A stretch of 63,313 nt of DNA, the filler included. It is 5 parts of 5 records of this genome, joined end to end, with 100 filler letters (N's around TTAATTAATTAA, not from the genome) between each part and the next. Parts side by side here need not be neighbours in the genome. Positions count along the whole stretch, not along the records: positions 4,463 to 21,662 come from SRR20825010_3599; positions 21,763 to 24,908 come from SRR20825010_3608; 3 more parts are not named here. One strand, given 5' to 3'. Both the position numbers and the translations under genes were made by a program. This document shows, one piece after another, positions 11,208 through 22,441 of this stretch (positions are counted from its first letter, which is position 1; the number at the start of each line of letters is the position of its first letter). The notes under the pieces are model-generated. The model worked only from the letters and a program-made list of their open reading frames with translations, did not search any database and was not told where the DNA came from.

Positions 11208-12863
11208 TCACGTGGGTTCAGGTGAATTTTCCAATAGGCTGCTGATCAGCGGCAACAATTGCTTTTTACGGCTGACAACGTTCTCCAATTTATACAATCG
11301 ATCTTCGAGCTGGGGGTAATTGATTTCCTCCCAGCCTTCCGGCTCGCTGCTCATCAGCAACAAGCTTCCGTTACTGGAAATATCCGTCACCAACAGGGCT
11401 GAGAACTCAAGGTTCTCTTCTTCCGACAATCGAACCAAAGCCTGGCTGAGTTCGGCTTGGCGTTCCCAGAACAGATCGAGGCCGATCTCTTCGATTTGAG
11501 AGATCGAGAATCGTCGTCCGTTCTCTTCGAACTGCTTGCAATCTTCGCGAACGACCTTGTCCGGTGTGCAGGATCGAAGTGCCGAACCGATCTCGAAGAA
11601 TTCATTGGCATACTCAGCCAACTCTACCTTGCAGTAACCCTGCAACCATTCCAGTAATTCGCGATCCACGTCGGTTGTCGTTGGCGATCGCAGATACAAC
11701 GTGTCACTGATGATTCCCGATGCCATGCAAAGCGCGATACCAGGTTCAGGCTCCAATCCTTCTTGCCGATACATGCGTGCCACCAATGTGCACGTGGACC
11801 CAACGGGATCCATGATGAACCGAATTGGTCCGGTGGATTTCAAAGAACCACCAAGCCGGTGGTGATCCAGAACCTCGACGATGTCGGAATCCTCCGCCCC
11901 TTCGACCGCTTGTCCAATTTCGTTGTGATCCACCAACACCAACTGAGGCCGAGGTGGGTGCACCATGTCCGACTTGCTCAACACGCCGATCAATTTCTGG
12001 TTGTCGACGACCGGGAACACGGTTTGAGCCGAACGATAAATCTGTTGCTTCGCCGCCGCCACAGGAAGCTTGGCGGACAACGCCAAGAAGTCTCGATTGA
12101 CGACCTCTTCGATCAACTGAGCAGCTTTGATCCGCATCGTCGTCGTGGCGGTATCGTACGGGCTGTTGATGACGGTCACGCCACGTCCCCGGGCAAGTTC
12201 CATCAAACCACTGGAGAGCTCATAGCCGCCGGTGACAACCAATCCTCGCACACCCATTTCAAGCGCCGGCAACTGGATCGTCGGCCGGTCACCGCTGACG
12301 ACCAACAACCGGTCAGCCGGGAATTGCTTCATGCGTTCGCAGAAACCACCGGCGCTCATCGCACCGACGGTCAAGATCATGTCCTCATTGAGGCTGGAAT
12401 CGACCGCGTGCTGGTACGATCCGCCCAAGACGGAAACGACTTTGTCGAGGTTGGTGCGAACTTCTCGAGATCGGTATGGATCGACGCCACCTTGGAAGAC
12501 CAGCTCCAACAAATCCAGCAGCGTGACCAATCCGATCAACTGATCGTTGTCGTCCAACACTGGAATGGACCGAAGCTCGTGCTCATCCATCCGTTCGTAA
12601 ACTTCATAGAAGACGTCCGAGGTTCGAGCGACGATGACGTCTCGATTGCAGATATCCTCCAGCTCAGGCCGGACATCCATGATGATCTTGGGTGCCGTCA
12701 GCTTGGCTTTCCGAAGTGCAAATTCGGTCCGTTCGTTCGGCGGACCACAACAGGCCGCCACCGCGTCAGGTCGAGTGGTTCGACGAAGAAAATCAGCGTA
12801 GGCCAAAGCACTGCAAATCGCATCCGTGTCCGGATTGCGGTGACCAAAAACGTGGACCGTCAT
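11208..12863 (-). CDS. ppaC: Family II Mn-dependent inorganic pyrophosphatase with CBS/DRTGG insert
   Basis: GHRNPDTDAICS, LVDHNE, VLDHH, PVGSTCT, IISDT and VSRKKQ. Confidence 0.93.
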   Translation of the reverse strand: MTVHVFGHRNPDTDAICSALAYADFLRRTTRPDAVAACCGPPNERTEFALRKAKLTAPKIIMDVRPELEDICNRDVIVARTSDVFYEVYERMDEHELRSIPVLDDNDQLIGLVTLLDLLELVFQGGVDPYRSREVRTNLDKVVSVLGGSYQHAVDSSLNEDMILTVGAMSAGGFCERMKQFPADRLLVVSGDRPTIQLPALEMGVRGLVVTGGYELSSGLMELARGRGVTVINSPYDTATTTMRIKAAQLIEEVVNRDFLALSAKLPVAAAKQQIYRSAQTVFPVVDNQKLIGVLSKSDMVHPPRPQLVLVDHNEIGQAVEGAEDSDIVEVLDHHRLGGSLKSTGPIRFIMDPVGSTCTLVARMYRQEGLEPEPGIALCMASGIISDTLYLRSPTTTDVDRELLEWLQGYCKVELAEYANEFFEIGSALRSCTPDKVVREDCKQFEENGRRFSISQIEEIGLDLFWERQAELSQALVRLSEEENLEFSALLVTDISSNGSLLLMSSEPEGWEEINYPQLEDRLYKLENVVSRKKQLLPLISSLLENSPEPT

Positions 12864-13138
12864 GAAAGCTATTCAATAACTCGATGGTGAAACGTGAGAT
12901 GCAGTGCTTCTCGCGTGGATGATCCCAAGGCAGTCGTCGTCACTGAACCGAGCCACCCGCGATTGCCCAAGTGAGCATCAGCCCACTTCAAACATGGATC
13001 GGTTTCAAATGCACGACCATTCAATCTTAGACCAAATGCCGGCACGAATTGTGCCAAAGATCTCACTCGCAATGTCACACCCAAATCGCCTTGCAACCGA
13101 TTTCATTGGCGACGCATTGTCGCACGCCACGTCCGCAT

Positions 13139-13702
13139 TCAATCGATTTGCGCTGCGCGATCGGTGAACAACGTTTCCAACGTCTTCAAAATGGTGACTG
13201 GTTCACTCATTCGACCGGTACCTTTGACGCGGCAACTGAGCCAACCGTCCTCGGGTCCGACCAGATGGCAACCATCCTCCTGAAGCGTTTGCACGTTTCG
13301 CTGAACCGCCACGTGGTTCCACATCGGATCGCTCATCGCGGGTGCCAGCAAAACCGGACTGGTGTTCTGCAGATACAACGTGCTGATCAGATCCGACGCC
13401 ATTCCCTGAGCGAACTGAGCCAGCAGATTCGCGGTCGCGGGTGCCACGACCATCGCGTCAATTTCGCGAGTCAGCTCGATGTGGCTGCCCAGCGGAAATC
13501 TCGCATCAAAGACTTCATGAACGACCGGACGGCCCGAAAGCGCCGCCAAGGTCGCATCACCGATGAATTCGGTGGCCGCTCGGGATGTGACCACCTGAAC
13601 TTGATGGCCAGCCTGTGCCAATTTGCTGCACAGGTCGGCCGCTTTGTACGCGGCGATTCCACCACCAATCGCCAACAGAATCCGCCGCGTCTTGGGTTCC
13701 AT
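13139..13702 (-). CDS. coaC: Phosphopantothenoylcysteine decarboxylase (stand-alone CoaC flavoprotein)
   Basis: GGIAAYKA, HIEL, APATAN, APAM and LSCRVKGTGRMSEP; lies downstream of rpoZ. Confidence 0.88.
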   Translation of the reverse strand: MEPKTRRILLAIGGGIAAYKAADLCSKLAQAGHQVQVVTSRAATEFIGDATLAALSGRPVVHEVFDARFPLGSHIELTREIDAMVVAPATANLLAQFAQGMASDLISTLYLQNTSPVLLAPAMSDPMWNHVAVQRNVQTLQEDGCHLVGPEDGWLSCRVKGTGRMSEPVTILKTLETLFTDRAAQID

Positions 13703-13974
13703 TACAGGTCCGAAGGATCCAGTTCAGGAGCTTCGCTAGCGGCAACAATGGCATCGAGGTCGTCGACCGTTTCGATCTCGTTTTCCATGTTCAGGAAGAT
13801 CTTGTCCTGGACAATCTCTTGCAACACGATCGACATTTTGTCGTGCGTGTCCACGCTGACCAACGCTCGGCTGCCCTGGTTGAGCTGGACGAGACGTTTC
13901 TGGATCAAGGTGCTGAGTTTGAAACGGCCACCGATCTTGTTGACGATTTCTTCTTCTTTCAGTTCTTCGAGCAC
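13702..13974 (-). CDS. rpoZ: RNA polymerase omega subunit
   Basis: (M)[29 protein letters not shown] start at 13974; gmk-rpoZ-coaC synteny. Confidence 0.88.
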   Translation of the reverse strand: MLEELKEEEIVNKIGGRFKLSTLIQKRLVQLNQGSRALVSVDTHDKMSIVLQEIVQDKIFLNMENEIETVDDLDAIVAASEAPELDPSDL

Positions 13975-14588
13975 GGCGTCGTTTTCCTTTGATCCAGTAA
14001 GATCTGGCAAATTTCGGTGACAGCGTTGTCGACCGATTCATTGATGATTTCGTATTGATAACGGCTCAAGCATTGCATCTCAGCCGCGGCGGTTTCGAGT
14101 CGAGCAGTCAGAGAAGATTCTGATTCGGTGCCACGGTTTCGCAACCGTCGTTCCAACTCTTCCATGCTGCCGGGATGCACAAAGATCGTCACGGGGCGGT
14201 AGTGAGGGTCATCCAGGACCGCCATCGCGCCTTGCACATCAATCTCTAAAATTACCCATTTCCCGGCATTCAGGCCAGTGGCAACTTGGTCCTTTAGTGT
14301 GCCATACCACTGTCCCATGCTGAAAACTTGCTTGCATTCGACAAAGTCGTTCAGCTTTCGGCGGCGTTCGAATTCCTCGTGGGACAGGAAAAAGTAGTCC
14401 TGCCCGTGGATTTCGCCCGGACGAGGCTCGCGAGTCGTGGCGGAAACGCTGAGTTGCAACGGCAAGTCGCAACGTTTCATCAATTGCTTCACAACCGTCG
14501 ACTTTCCCGCACCGCTGGGCCCAGAAATGATGACCAGACGGCCGGGATGGGCAGTCTCGTCGGCGGATGAGTAAGAAGGATCGTTCAT
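13959..14588 (-). CDS. gmk: Guanylate kinase
   Basis: [25 protein letters not shown] and LEIDVQGA. Confidence 0.95.
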   Translation of the reverse strand: MNDPSYSSADETAHPGRLVIISGPSGAGKSTVVKQLMKRCDLPLQLSVSATTREPRPGEIHGQDYFFLSHEEFERRRKLNDFVECKQVFSMGQWYGTLKDQVATGLNAGKWVILEIDVQGAMAVLDDPHYRPVTIFVHPGSMEELERRLRNRGTESESSLTARLETAAAEMQCLSRYQYEIINESVDNAVTEICQILLDQRKTTPCSKN

Positions 14589-14597
14589 ATTCGACGG

Positions 14598-15626
14598 TTA
14601 CTCCAGATTCTGAACGAGTTCACGCATGCGTTCGATCGCGCACTTGATCTCCACCACGTGCTCGGCAATTTCCGCGTCGCCGGCTTTGCTGCCGATGGTG
14701 TTGGTTTCGCGATTGAGCTCCTGAATGATGAAATCAAGCTTTCGCCCGACCGCTTCCCCGCGACTGCCCGATTCGCTGGAGGCCGTCTCCGCCGAGTCGC
14801 CAGCCAAAACGCCTCTCATCAGTCCCAAATGACTTCCCAACCGCGTTAGTTCTTCGCTGATGTCGGATCGGTCCGCGAAAAGCTGGACTTCTCGGATCAA
14901 ATCCACTGGGTCGCCCGCCGACAACCCGTTCTCAGACAATGCTTTTTCGATGCGTTCTCGCAAACGCTCTTGGTATCGAGCGACAACCTGAGGACTGCGT
15001 TTGGCGATTTCCTCGCAGCGAGCCTGAATCAGCGTCATGTCTTGCTCGATCGATTCGGCCATCGCGATGGCTTCATCCGATCGCATCTGCTTGAACCGAT
15101 CCAGTGCCGATTCAATGCTTTCCTGAACCAGTGACCACTTGGCCGCCAAAGCCTGCTCATCGGACGATCGGTTTTGCGATCCGGCCGAAGGCGATTCCAG
15201 CACACCTGGCATCTGCATCAGGTGAGCCAAATCAATGTTGGTTGAGGTGACGGCATCACCCATCGCCAAAGAATCAGCGACTTGCGCCAGTTGTTCGGCG
15301 TACGAACGCACCACATCGGCATTGATGCGAGGCAGATCAGCTCCGGGTGGCGGCGTGAACCGAACCTGCACCGTGACGCTACCACGATGCAAATGCTGAC
15401 GGACCAATGCCTCCATTTTGGGCTCAAACTCCGAAACCGAATCACTGGTACGGAGAATGATCTTCAACCCACGATTGTTGACCGAGCGAATCTCAGTGAC
15501 GACCGAACCGGCGGCAGTGGAGGTTTCGCCCCGGCCCTGGCCGGTCATGCTGCGCAGCGAAGGGTAGGGCGACCCGCCGTGCGGTGAAGAGGAATTTACT
15601 TGCGTGCGAAGAGACGCCTGCGTCAC
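14598..15626 (-). CDS. yicC: YicC/YloC family endoribonuclease
   Basis: [44 protein letters not shown] and REQVQN-like end. Confidence 0.93.
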   Translation of the reverse strand: MTQASLRTQVNSSSPHGGSPYPSLRSMTGQGRGETSTAAGSVVTEIRSVNNRGLKIILRTSDSVSEFEPKMEALVRQHLHRGSVTVQVRFTPPPGADLPRINADVVRSYAEQLAQVADSLAMGDAVTSTNIDLAHLMQMPGVLESPSAGSQNRSSDEQALAAKWSLVQESIESALDRFKQMRSDEAIAMAESIEQDMTLIQARCEEIAKRSPQVVARYQERLRERIEKALSENGLSAGDPVDLIREVQLFADRSDISEELTRLGSHLGLMRGVLAGDSAETASSESGSRGEAVGRKLDFIIQELNRETNTIGSKAGDAEIAEHVVEIKCAIERMRELVQNLE

Positions 15627-16186
15627 GGAGTTTCCTCATCCGAAGTGGTTTCAGCTTCGGTCGTTTCAGCCGCTTCTGGTTCAGCTTCTTCGGCCGATTC
15701 AGCTGCATCGGAATCACCCGAGGACAACGAACCAAATGAATCAATGGCGGCGTCCAGATCGCTGGCTTCATCGCGATCAGCCCCCGTCGGAACAACCAAT
15801 CCGCTGGTGATGTCTTCGACGTCATCGCCAGGTCCCGACTGAATTTGCGAATCACTGGTGTCGGCGACGGCTGGAGTGTGAGCTCCCAATTGATACATGG
15901 CGAACGCACAAACCAATGCCCACACGGCGGCGGTGCCGACGGTGATGGCGGTGAATGTGTCACCGGCCTTGCTGCCAAACGCGGACTGACCACCGGGTCC
16001 CCCCAGGGCTCCAGTCAATCCACCGCCTTTGCCGCGTTGGATCAAGATCAGCAAGATCAAGAACACCGACAAAAACGCCATCAACCAACCCAGCACGACG
16101 CTCATGAACGAGGCCAAGGGCAGGGCGGGAATCAGTTGATTGACCAACGACGCGGGTTGGAGCAAAGAATCGAAAGCGACACTCAC
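15623..16186 (-). CDS. secG: Preprotein translocase subunit SecG with long acidic tail (start uncertain)
   Basis: [30 protein letters not shown]; directly after tpiA. Confidence 0.9.
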   Translation of the reverse strand: MSVAFDSLLQPASLVNQLIPALPLASFMSVVLGWLMAFLSVFLILLILIQRGKGGGLTGALGGPGGQSAFGSKAGDTFTAITVGTAAVWALVCAFAMYQLGAHTPAVADTSDSQIQSGPGDDVEDITSGLVVPTGADRDEASDLDAAIDSFGSLSSGDSDAAESAEEAEPEAAETTEAETTSDEETP

Positions 16187-16238
16187 GGCGAACAGTCCGT
16201 TGAAATGGAAAGGTTGTGGGAACGAATACGAAGTCAGA

Positions 16239-17003
16239 TCAGGCGGAGGGAGCCGCTTTGATGATTCCAGCGAAATCATCCACTTTCAAGCTTGCCCCGC
16301 CGACGAGAGCCCCGTCGATATTAGGTTGGGACAACAATTCTTCTGCGTTGCCCGGTTTCACACTGCCACCGTACTGAATTCGGATTTGTTCGGCGACTTC
16401 GGTCGAGAACATTTTTCCCAAAAGCTCACGAATGAAGGCGTGAACCGCTTCAGCTTGCTCTTTGCTAGCAGTTTTGCCAGTCCCGATCGCCCAGACGGGC
16501 TCGTAGGCGATGACAATATTCGCGGCGCGAGCTTCGTCCAAACCTTCCAGCGACCCGCGAATTTGCGTTTCGATGACCGATTCGGTGTCGTCCGCTTCGC
16601 GTTGTTCGAGGGTTTCGCCCACGCAAACGATCGGAACCAAGTTGCCAGCCAACGCGGCGTGCAGCTTTTTCGCGACACAAGCGTCCGTTTCGCCCATCAA
16701 TTGGCGACGTTCGCTGTGCCCCAGAATCACAAAACGGCAACCGACATCGGTCAACATCGACGCGTTGACTTCACCGGTGAAGGCACCGTCTTCGGCGGCG
16801 TACAGGTTTTGTGCACCCAATTCCACGGGAGTCCCAACGACGGCGTCCGCCACGCCACTCAGGTAAACCGACGGGGGGCACAAAACGACTTCGACAGCGG
16901 GCGACTTGCCAACCGCGTCGACAATGCCTTTGGCAAGCGACGCGCCGGACTCGGCACGCATGTTCATTTTCCAGTTACCAGCAATCAGAATGCGACGACT
17001 CAC
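16239..17003 (-). CDS. tpiA: Triosephosphate isomerase
   Basis: [29 protein letters not shown] and LVGGASL. Confidence 0.97.
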   Translation of the reverse strand: MSRRILIAGNWKMNMRAESGASLAKGIVDAVGKSPAVEVVLCPPSVYLSGVADAVVGTPVELGAQNLYAAEDGAFTGEVNASMLTDVGCRFVILGHSERRQLMGETDACVAKKLHAALAGNLVPIVCVGETLEQREADDTESVIETQIRGSLEGLDEARAANIVIAYEPVWAIGTGKTASKEQAEAVHAFIRELLGKMFSTEVAEQIRIQYGGSVKPGNAEELLSQPNIDGALVGGASLKVDDFAGIIKAAPSA

Positions 17004-18067
17004 GCGAGGGCCTCGGTTGGCGGGGTGTGTTTAGTGGTTGAGTTCGGAAGAGGTGAGATCGTTTTGCCCAGTAGTTCAGCCATCGCGGCCATCTTCTGAA
17101 CGATCTCGTTGTATTGTTCGGGCAACAAGGCTTGAGCCCCGTCGCTCTTGGCTTCTTCGGGACAATCATGGACTTCGATGTGCACGCCATCCGCACCCGC
17201 GGCCAATCCGGCCAACGCACACGGCGGAATCAAATCCGGACGGCCCGTCGCGTGCGACGGATCAACAATGATCGGCAAATGCGTCAAACCTTGGACAGCC
17301 GGCACAGCAGCGACGTCGTAAAGGTTCCGAGTCGATGGATCGAAACTCTTGATGCCGCGTTCGCAGAGCACCACGTCAGGGTTGCCTTGTGAGAGCACGT
17401 ACTCGGCGCTCATCAGCAAGTCTTGGATCGTCGCCGCCATCCCGCGTTTGAGCAGGACGGGGCGTTTGGTTTTGCCGACCTCGGTCAGCAACACAAAGTT
17501 CTGCATGTTGCGAGCACCGACCTGCAGCATGTCGGAATACTCCGCCACCAACTCCACATTTCGCGGGTCGGTGATCTCGGTCACAACCGGCACACCAAAC
17601 GCATCGCCGACTTCCCGCAGAATCTTCAGGCCGGCTTCGCCTAAACCTTGAAACGCGTAGGGGCTGGTTCGCGGCTTGTAAGCTCCACCGCGAAACAGGT
17701 TGGCTCCCGATTTCACGACGCTCTCGCCGATCCGCATCATCCGGTCGCGATCTTCGACGCTGCACGGCCCAGCGATCATGGCCAGGTTGCCTCCACCGAT
17801 CTTCACACCCGACACGTCGATGACGCTGGATTCAGGGTGAGCTTCTCGGGAGGCCAATTTGTAAGGGGGCAAAACGGGAACGACTTGTTGCACGCCGGGA
17901 ATCGATTGAAGCTGTTGTTCGGTGGTGAGACTCTCGTCACCAATCATGCCGATGATCGTGCGAAACGTCCCGCGGCTGAGGTGCGTCTGGAACCCCATCG
18001 ACTCGACCTTTTGGAGCACATGGTCGATCTGATCGTCGGTCGCGCCGTTTTTCAGAATCAATATCAC
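17000..18067 (-). CDS. aroF: DAHP synthase, type I-beta with N-terminal ACT-like domain
   Basis: [32 protein letters not shown] and DPSHATG. Confidence 0.94.
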   Translation of the reverse strand: MILILKNGATDDQIDHVLQKVESMGFQTHLSRGTFRTIIGMIGDESLTTEQQLQSIPGVQQVVPVLPPYKLASREAHPESSVIDVSGVKIGGGNLAMIAGPCSVEDRDRMMRIGESVVKSGANLFRGGAYKPRTSPYAFQGLGEAGLKILREVGDAFGVPVVTEITDPRNVELVAEYSDMLQVGARNMQNFVLLTEVGKTKRPVLLKRGMAATIQDLLMSAEYVLSQGNPDVVLCERGIKSFDPSTRNLYDVAAVPAVQGLTHLPIIVDPSHATGRPDLIPPCALAGLAAGADGVHIEVHDCPEEAKSDGAQALLPEQYNEIVQKMAAMAELLGKTISPLPNSTTKHTPPTEALA

Positions 18068-18374
18068 GTCAGAATCCGCGAAATGGCCGGTGGGTGGGAA
18101 AGCAGACTGCTAAAAGAGACCGCACACCATAGCAGTCGACCCGCTAAATCGTCGAGAGGAGCTGTTTTCTGAGAGATGAGGGGACTGGGAAACCTGACAA
18201 TGGCGAAGATTGAAATAGCCAAGTAGGCCGTACCGGAGCAACGCGGAGTTACGGCAACCCTGAATCTTCCCCAATCTTTTTTTGCCATCCTCCTAAGAAA
18301 TCCGCCCCCCACTCGTTGAGTACACGGAGGCGACACGATTCGCCTCCCTTTTCTTCCTCTCGCAATGAACCGCC

Positions 18375-18956
18375 ATGAGTCAACCGGCCTCCACCTCCGC
18401 GGCCGAGGACCTCGTCGATCCAGAAGCGTCTGAACCGGATTCGTCCGGACAAGATTCTTCTGGGACTCGGAATACCGAGTGGATCGCCGAGGTCGTCGAC
18501 CAGTTCCAGCGTCCTTTGTTGGCCTACGCCACTGGGATGCTGGCGGATCGCACCGCCGCCCAAGACGCCGTGCAAGAAACGTTTTTGCAATTGTGTCGCA
18601 AACGGCCGGACGATTTGGTCGACCGCTTGGCGCCCTGGTTGTTCACCGTCTGCCGCTCACGAGTGATTGACATGCAACGCAAACGATCCCCTGACCGACT
18701 GGATCCTGACGCTGTCGCCGTCATCGATCCCGCCCCGCGCCCCGACGCGGTGGCCCAAGACCACGAGGCCCACGAGCAAATCGCGGCTTCGATTGAAACG
18801 CTGTCGCCCCGACAACGCGAAGTCATCCAGCTTCGAATGCAGGCTGGACTGAGTTACCGAGAAATCGCTGACGTCACCGGCATGACCGTCAGCAACGTCG
18901 GCTTTCATCTTCATCAAGCCGTCAAGTCGCTTCGCGATGGCCTGGCCGTCACCTGA
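18375..18956 (+). CDS. ECF RNA polymerase sigma-70 factor
   Basis: AQDAVQETF and WLFTVCR (region 2); LSPRQREVIQL..GLSYREIA (region 4). Confidence 0.92.
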   Translation: MSQPASTSAAEDLVDPEASEPDSSGQDSSGTRNTEWIAEVVDQFQRPLLAYATGMLADRTAAQDAVQETFLQLCRKRPDDLVDRLAPWLFTVCRSRVIDMQRKRSPDRLDPDAVAVIDPAPRPDAVAQDHEAHEQIAASIETLSPRQREVIQLRMQAGLSYREIADVTGMTVSNVGFHLHQAVKSLRDGLAVT

Positions 18957-19005
18957 AGCCTGACCACTTCTTCCAATTCATTCTTCCGTCATCGGATCAT
19001 CGATC

Positions 19006-21615
19006 ATGTCCAATTCATCCACTTCTCCTCCGTGGGACGACCCTCGCGTCACGGCATTCGTCCTGGGCGAGCTGCCTGAAAACGAAGCCGCTCAATTCAC
19101 CGAAGAGATGAACGCCAACCCGGAACTCGCCACCGCTGTCGAGGAAGCTCGCGCGGTCACCGAGCAAGTCGAGTCATTCTTCCACTCCGCCGCGGTCCCA
19201 CCATTGGAATCCAACCGCGTCGAAAGCATCGTTCGCGAAAGCGAAACGGTTCCACCAGAAAAAGACAAAGCTGCCGCGGGATCTGCGGCTGGCACCGCCT
19301 GGTTCCAATCCCGATGGGTCCAATTTGCGGTCGCAGCAAGCATTGTTGGCATCCTGGCTGGTCTTTCGATTCCTGCTGTTCAGACCGCTCGCGAAACGGC
19401 ATCTCACCAACGCCCTGCCGTTGGAATGATCGCCGCCGATCAATCGGGTCCCGAACCCACTGAGTCGCAAACCTTCGAAGAAGAGATGCCACTCGAAGAT
19501 GCCGAAATGGTTTACCAACCTCTCGGTGGATCGTCTGCCAAATCACTGCCCGCAGAAAAGAAAGCCAAGGGCGAGTCGTTCGGCTTGCAGTCAGCCAGCC
19601 GTCGCTCAGGAATATCGCCTGCCGCCGAAGCCTCCAATGAATCTCTATCGGCTCTTGAGAGCAGACGTCTGCTTGGGCAAGAAATGGAGGTTGCGCAAGT
19701 GGAGTTCTTCGCAAACGGTTCCGCAGCGTCGTCCACCGCTCAGCCTGCCCCAGCAACAACCAGCCCGAACAGCTCCGTCGAAATGGACGGCATGATGGGC
19801 GGCATGGACATGGGCATGGGCACGGCCGACAAGGGAATGATGGGCGGAGGAATGGGCGGTATGCCAGCGGGCGAGATGCTTCGTCTTGAACTGGATAGCC
19901 AGCTCGCTACCTCCACGGACAGCGAACCCTCAGCTGGCAAACCAGTGGTGGGCGACTTTGCAGTGGCTCCCGTTCCGGAACAGCTTGGGCGTCAGCAATT
20001 TGACTTCCGTGCTTCGCGTGAAAGAATGGCTAAGAGCCAGCTCCTTGAGACGAATCGCCTTGCTCCGGCTCCCGAAATACGTGTCATCCCCATCCTGCCA
20101 GCCACGCTCGACGGCGAAGGCCAGGGGCCTGGCATGTCCGGTGACAAGTTCGATCCCATCAAAGAAAACGAATTTCGACGCGTGACCGAGCATCCGCTCA
20201 GCACGTTTTCCATCGATGTTGATACAGCCAGCTACGCGAAAGTCCGCAGCTACCTGCAACGAGGGCAACTACCCCGTCCCGACTCGGTCCGCATCGAAGA
20301 ACTGATCAACTACTTCGACTACCAGTACACGCCCCCATCGGCTGAAGATCCCGTTCCGTTCTCTTCCGCAATGGCGGTCGCCTCCTGCCCATGGAATGAA
20401 AACAATCGGTTGGTGCGAGTTGGCATCCAAGCCAAAGACATCGACCTCAAAGAACGCCCGCGTTGCAACTTGGTGTTCTTGATCGACACCAGCGGATCGA
20501 TGAAGCGTCCCAATAAACTGCCGTTGGTCATCGAAGGCATGAAGGTGCTGCTCGACCAACTGAAAAACAGAGATCGTGTGGCGATCGTGGTCTACGCGGG
20601 CTCTTCGGGATTGGTGCTGGACTCGACCCCGGTCAAGCAAAAGAAGAAGATCATTCGCGCCCTGTCAGCTCTCTCGGCCGGTGGCAGCACCAACGGTGGT
20701 GCCGGTTTGCAACTCGCTTACCAAACCGCCCGAGAAAACTTCATCGAGGACGGCGTGAACCGAGTCATCCTGTGCAGCGATGGCGACTTCAATGTCGGAA
20801 TGACGGGCACCGATCAATTGGTTGCCGAAGCGACTCGCCAATCCAAATCGGGCACCGAGTTGACCGTGCTGGGTTTCGGAATGGGTAACCACAACGACGC
20901 CATGATGGAACGCATCTCCAACTCCGGCGCAGGCAACTACGCTTTCGTCGACACCATCGCCGAAGCCAAAAAGGTCCTCGCGGATCAGGTCGCCGGAACG
21001 CTGTTCACGGTCGCCAAAGACGTGAAGATCCAAATCGAGTTCAATCCCGCGGTCGTCTCGGCCTACCGATTGATTGGTTACGAAAACCGGGTCTTGGCAA
21101 AGGAAGACTTCAACGACGACAAGGTCGACGCTGGTGAAATTGGAGCCGGGCACCGCGTGACGGCTCTGTACGAGATCGCTCCGGTCGGCAAGCTTCCCGA
21201 TTCCATTGCACCCGATGTCGATCCACTGAAGTATCAACCCAGTGGCGAGGAAAATCCCGATTCTCAGGAGGCAAACGAACCTCGAGTTCCCAAGGACTCT
21301 GACGAGTCAGCGACAAAGGAAATTCTGACGCTGAAGATGCGTCACAAACCACCACAAGGCGACGTCAGCGAGAAGCTCGCATTTCCGCTGGTCAACGAGA
21401 GCGTGTCTTTCGAGAAAGCCGACACGGACTTCCAATTCGCTGCCGCAGTCGCCGGTTTCGGGATGCAACTTCGCAACAGCACCCACGCGGGAACATGGAC
21501 GATGGACGATGTGATCGCCACCGCGACGAATGCCAAGGGCGATGACGAACACGGCCTCCGAGCCGAGTTCCTGGAACTGGCACGAACAGCGGAACGATTG
21601 ATCGTCAACGACTGA
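19006..21615 (+). CDS. Putative anti-sigma factor fused to a YfbK-type von Willebrand A domain
   Basis: N-terminal TAFVLGEL anti-sigma-like helices, one TM segment, STFSIDVDTASY, MIDAS DTSGS, YRLIGYENR and DAGEIGAGH. Confidence 0.88.
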   Translation: MSNSSTSPPWDDPRVTAFVLGELPENEAAQFTEEMNANPELATAVEEARAVTEQVESFFHSAAVPPLESNRVESIVRESETVPPEKDKAAAGSAAGTAWFQSRWVQFAVAASIVGILAGLSIPAVQTARETASHQRPAVGMIAADQSGPEPTESQTFEEEMPLEDAEMVYQPLGGSSAKSLPAEKKAKGESFGLQSASRRSGISPAAEASNESLSALESRRLLGQEMEVAQVEFFANGSAASSTAQPAPATTSPNSSVEMDGMMGGMDMGMGTADKGMMGGGMGGMPAGEMLRLELDSQLATSTDSEPSAGKPVVGDFAVAPVPEQLGRQQFDFRASRERMAKSQLLETNRLAPAPEIRVIPILPATLDGEGQGPGMSGDKFDPIKENEFRRVTEHPLSTFSIDVDTASYAKVRSYLQRGQLPRPDSVRIEELINYFDYQYTPPSAEDPVPFSSAMAVASCPWNENNRLVRVGIQAKDIDLKERPRCNLVFLIDTSGSMKRPNKLPLVIEGMKVLLDQLKNRDRVAIVVYAGSSGLVLDSTPVKQKKKIIRALSALSAGGSTNGGAGLQLAYQTARENFIEDGVNRVILCSDGDFNVGMTGTDQLVAEATRQSKSGTELTVLGFGMGNHNDAMMERISNSGAGNYAFVDTIAEAKKVLADQVAGTLFTVAKDVKIQIEFNPAVVSAYRLIGYENRVLAKEDFNDDKVDAGEIGAGHRVTALYEIAPVGKLPDSIAPDVDPLKYQPSGEENPDSQEANEPRVPKDSDESATKEILTLKMRHKPPQGDVSEKLAFPLVNESVSFEKADTDFQFAAAVAGFGMQLRNSTHAGTWTMDDVIATATNAKGDDEHGLRAEFLELARTAERLIVND

Positions 21616-21637
21616 TCACTCGCCTGCACCATCAACT

Positions 21638-21661
21638 GTAGCTCGGTGGTCCCCCACCGAG
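21638..21661 (+). repeat. REP-like element (GTAG + palindrome) at contig end
   Basis: GTAG-CTCGGTGG-TCCC-CCACCGAG; the contig breaks immediately after it. Confidence 0.65.
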
Positions 21662-21662
21662 A

Positions 21663-21762
21663 NNNNNNNNNNNNNNNNNNNNNNNNNNNNNNNNNNNNNN
21701 NNNNNNTTAATTAATTAANNNNNNNNNNNNNNNNNNNNNNNNNNNNNNNNNNNNNNNNNNNN
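21663..21762. other. Artificial contig linker
   Basis: N-TTAATTAATTAA-N. Confidence 0.98.
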
Positions 21763-22155
21763 CTGGACATCAACACTTTGCTTCAGGGTGAGGAAATCGC
21801 GCCGCCGCCCGACAGCACATGGGAATTGGTGGTGGCAGAAGTTCTCAACAATATCGTCGAGCATGCCTATCAGGACCGCGCCGGGGGGGACATCCTGCTC
21901 AGGCTACGTTTCGGCCATGAACGTCTGACTGTCGAGTTCACCGATTTCGGTCTGCCGATGCCCAGCGGCGTGGCGCCCGATGGCGCACTCGCCAATGTGG
22001 ACGTGCCCGTAGAGGAATTGCCCGAGGGCGGCTTTGGCTGGTTTCTGATCCGGTCGCTCAGCGAAGACCTGACCTATTGCCACGACGGCGGGCGCAATCT
22101 GCTGACGCTGGCGATATCGCTGGCGCCCAAGGGGGCGCACGGCACGTCATCCTGA
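21763..22155 (+). CDS. RsbW/SpoIIAB-type anti-sigma Ser/Thr kinase (5' truncated)
   Basis: ELVVAEVLNNIVEHAY, DFG and LPEGGFGWFLIRSL (HATPase_c_2). Confidence 0.88.
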   Translation: MDINTLLQGEEIAPPPDSTWELVVAEVLNNIVEHAYQDRAGGDILLRLRFGHERLTVEFTDFGLPMPSGVAPDGALANVDVPVEELPEGGFGWFLIRSLSEDLTYCHDGGRNLLTLAISLAPKGAHGTSS

Positions 22156-22250
22156 CAAGCCGCCAGGTACCTAAAACCCTGAATCGATTGTCGCTGAATG
22201 GCCTACTCCGCGCCTCAATGTCGCCCGCATTCCCGGTCAGAAACGGTCTT

Positions 22251-22317
22251 GTAGCTGCATATAGCTTCACTCGGCACCGTGCGTTTTCAGCCCCCACCCA
22301 GTGCACGGTGCCGAGGC
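22251..22317 (+). ncRNA. Candidate structured sRNA/repeat unit, copy 1
   Basis: Perfect 13-bp stem (22270-22282/22303-22315) around loop GTTTTCAGCCCCCACCCAGT; 58/67 identical to copy 2 with compensatory stem changes. Confidence 0.6.
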
Positions 22318-22441
22318 TACTTTCCCCGAACATCGCTCTGGACATCTGCACGAAACGCACCTGTTCGAACCGCGCAGATCCGCCACGATATGACCCGTAG
22401 CACACCACATTTCCGCCCCTTTCGAGTCGCACTAAAGAGGG

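Noticed and set aside
21763-22155. RsbW-like anti-sigma as partner of the ECF sigma at 18375
   Set aside because: Separated by a contig linker; apparently different organisms.
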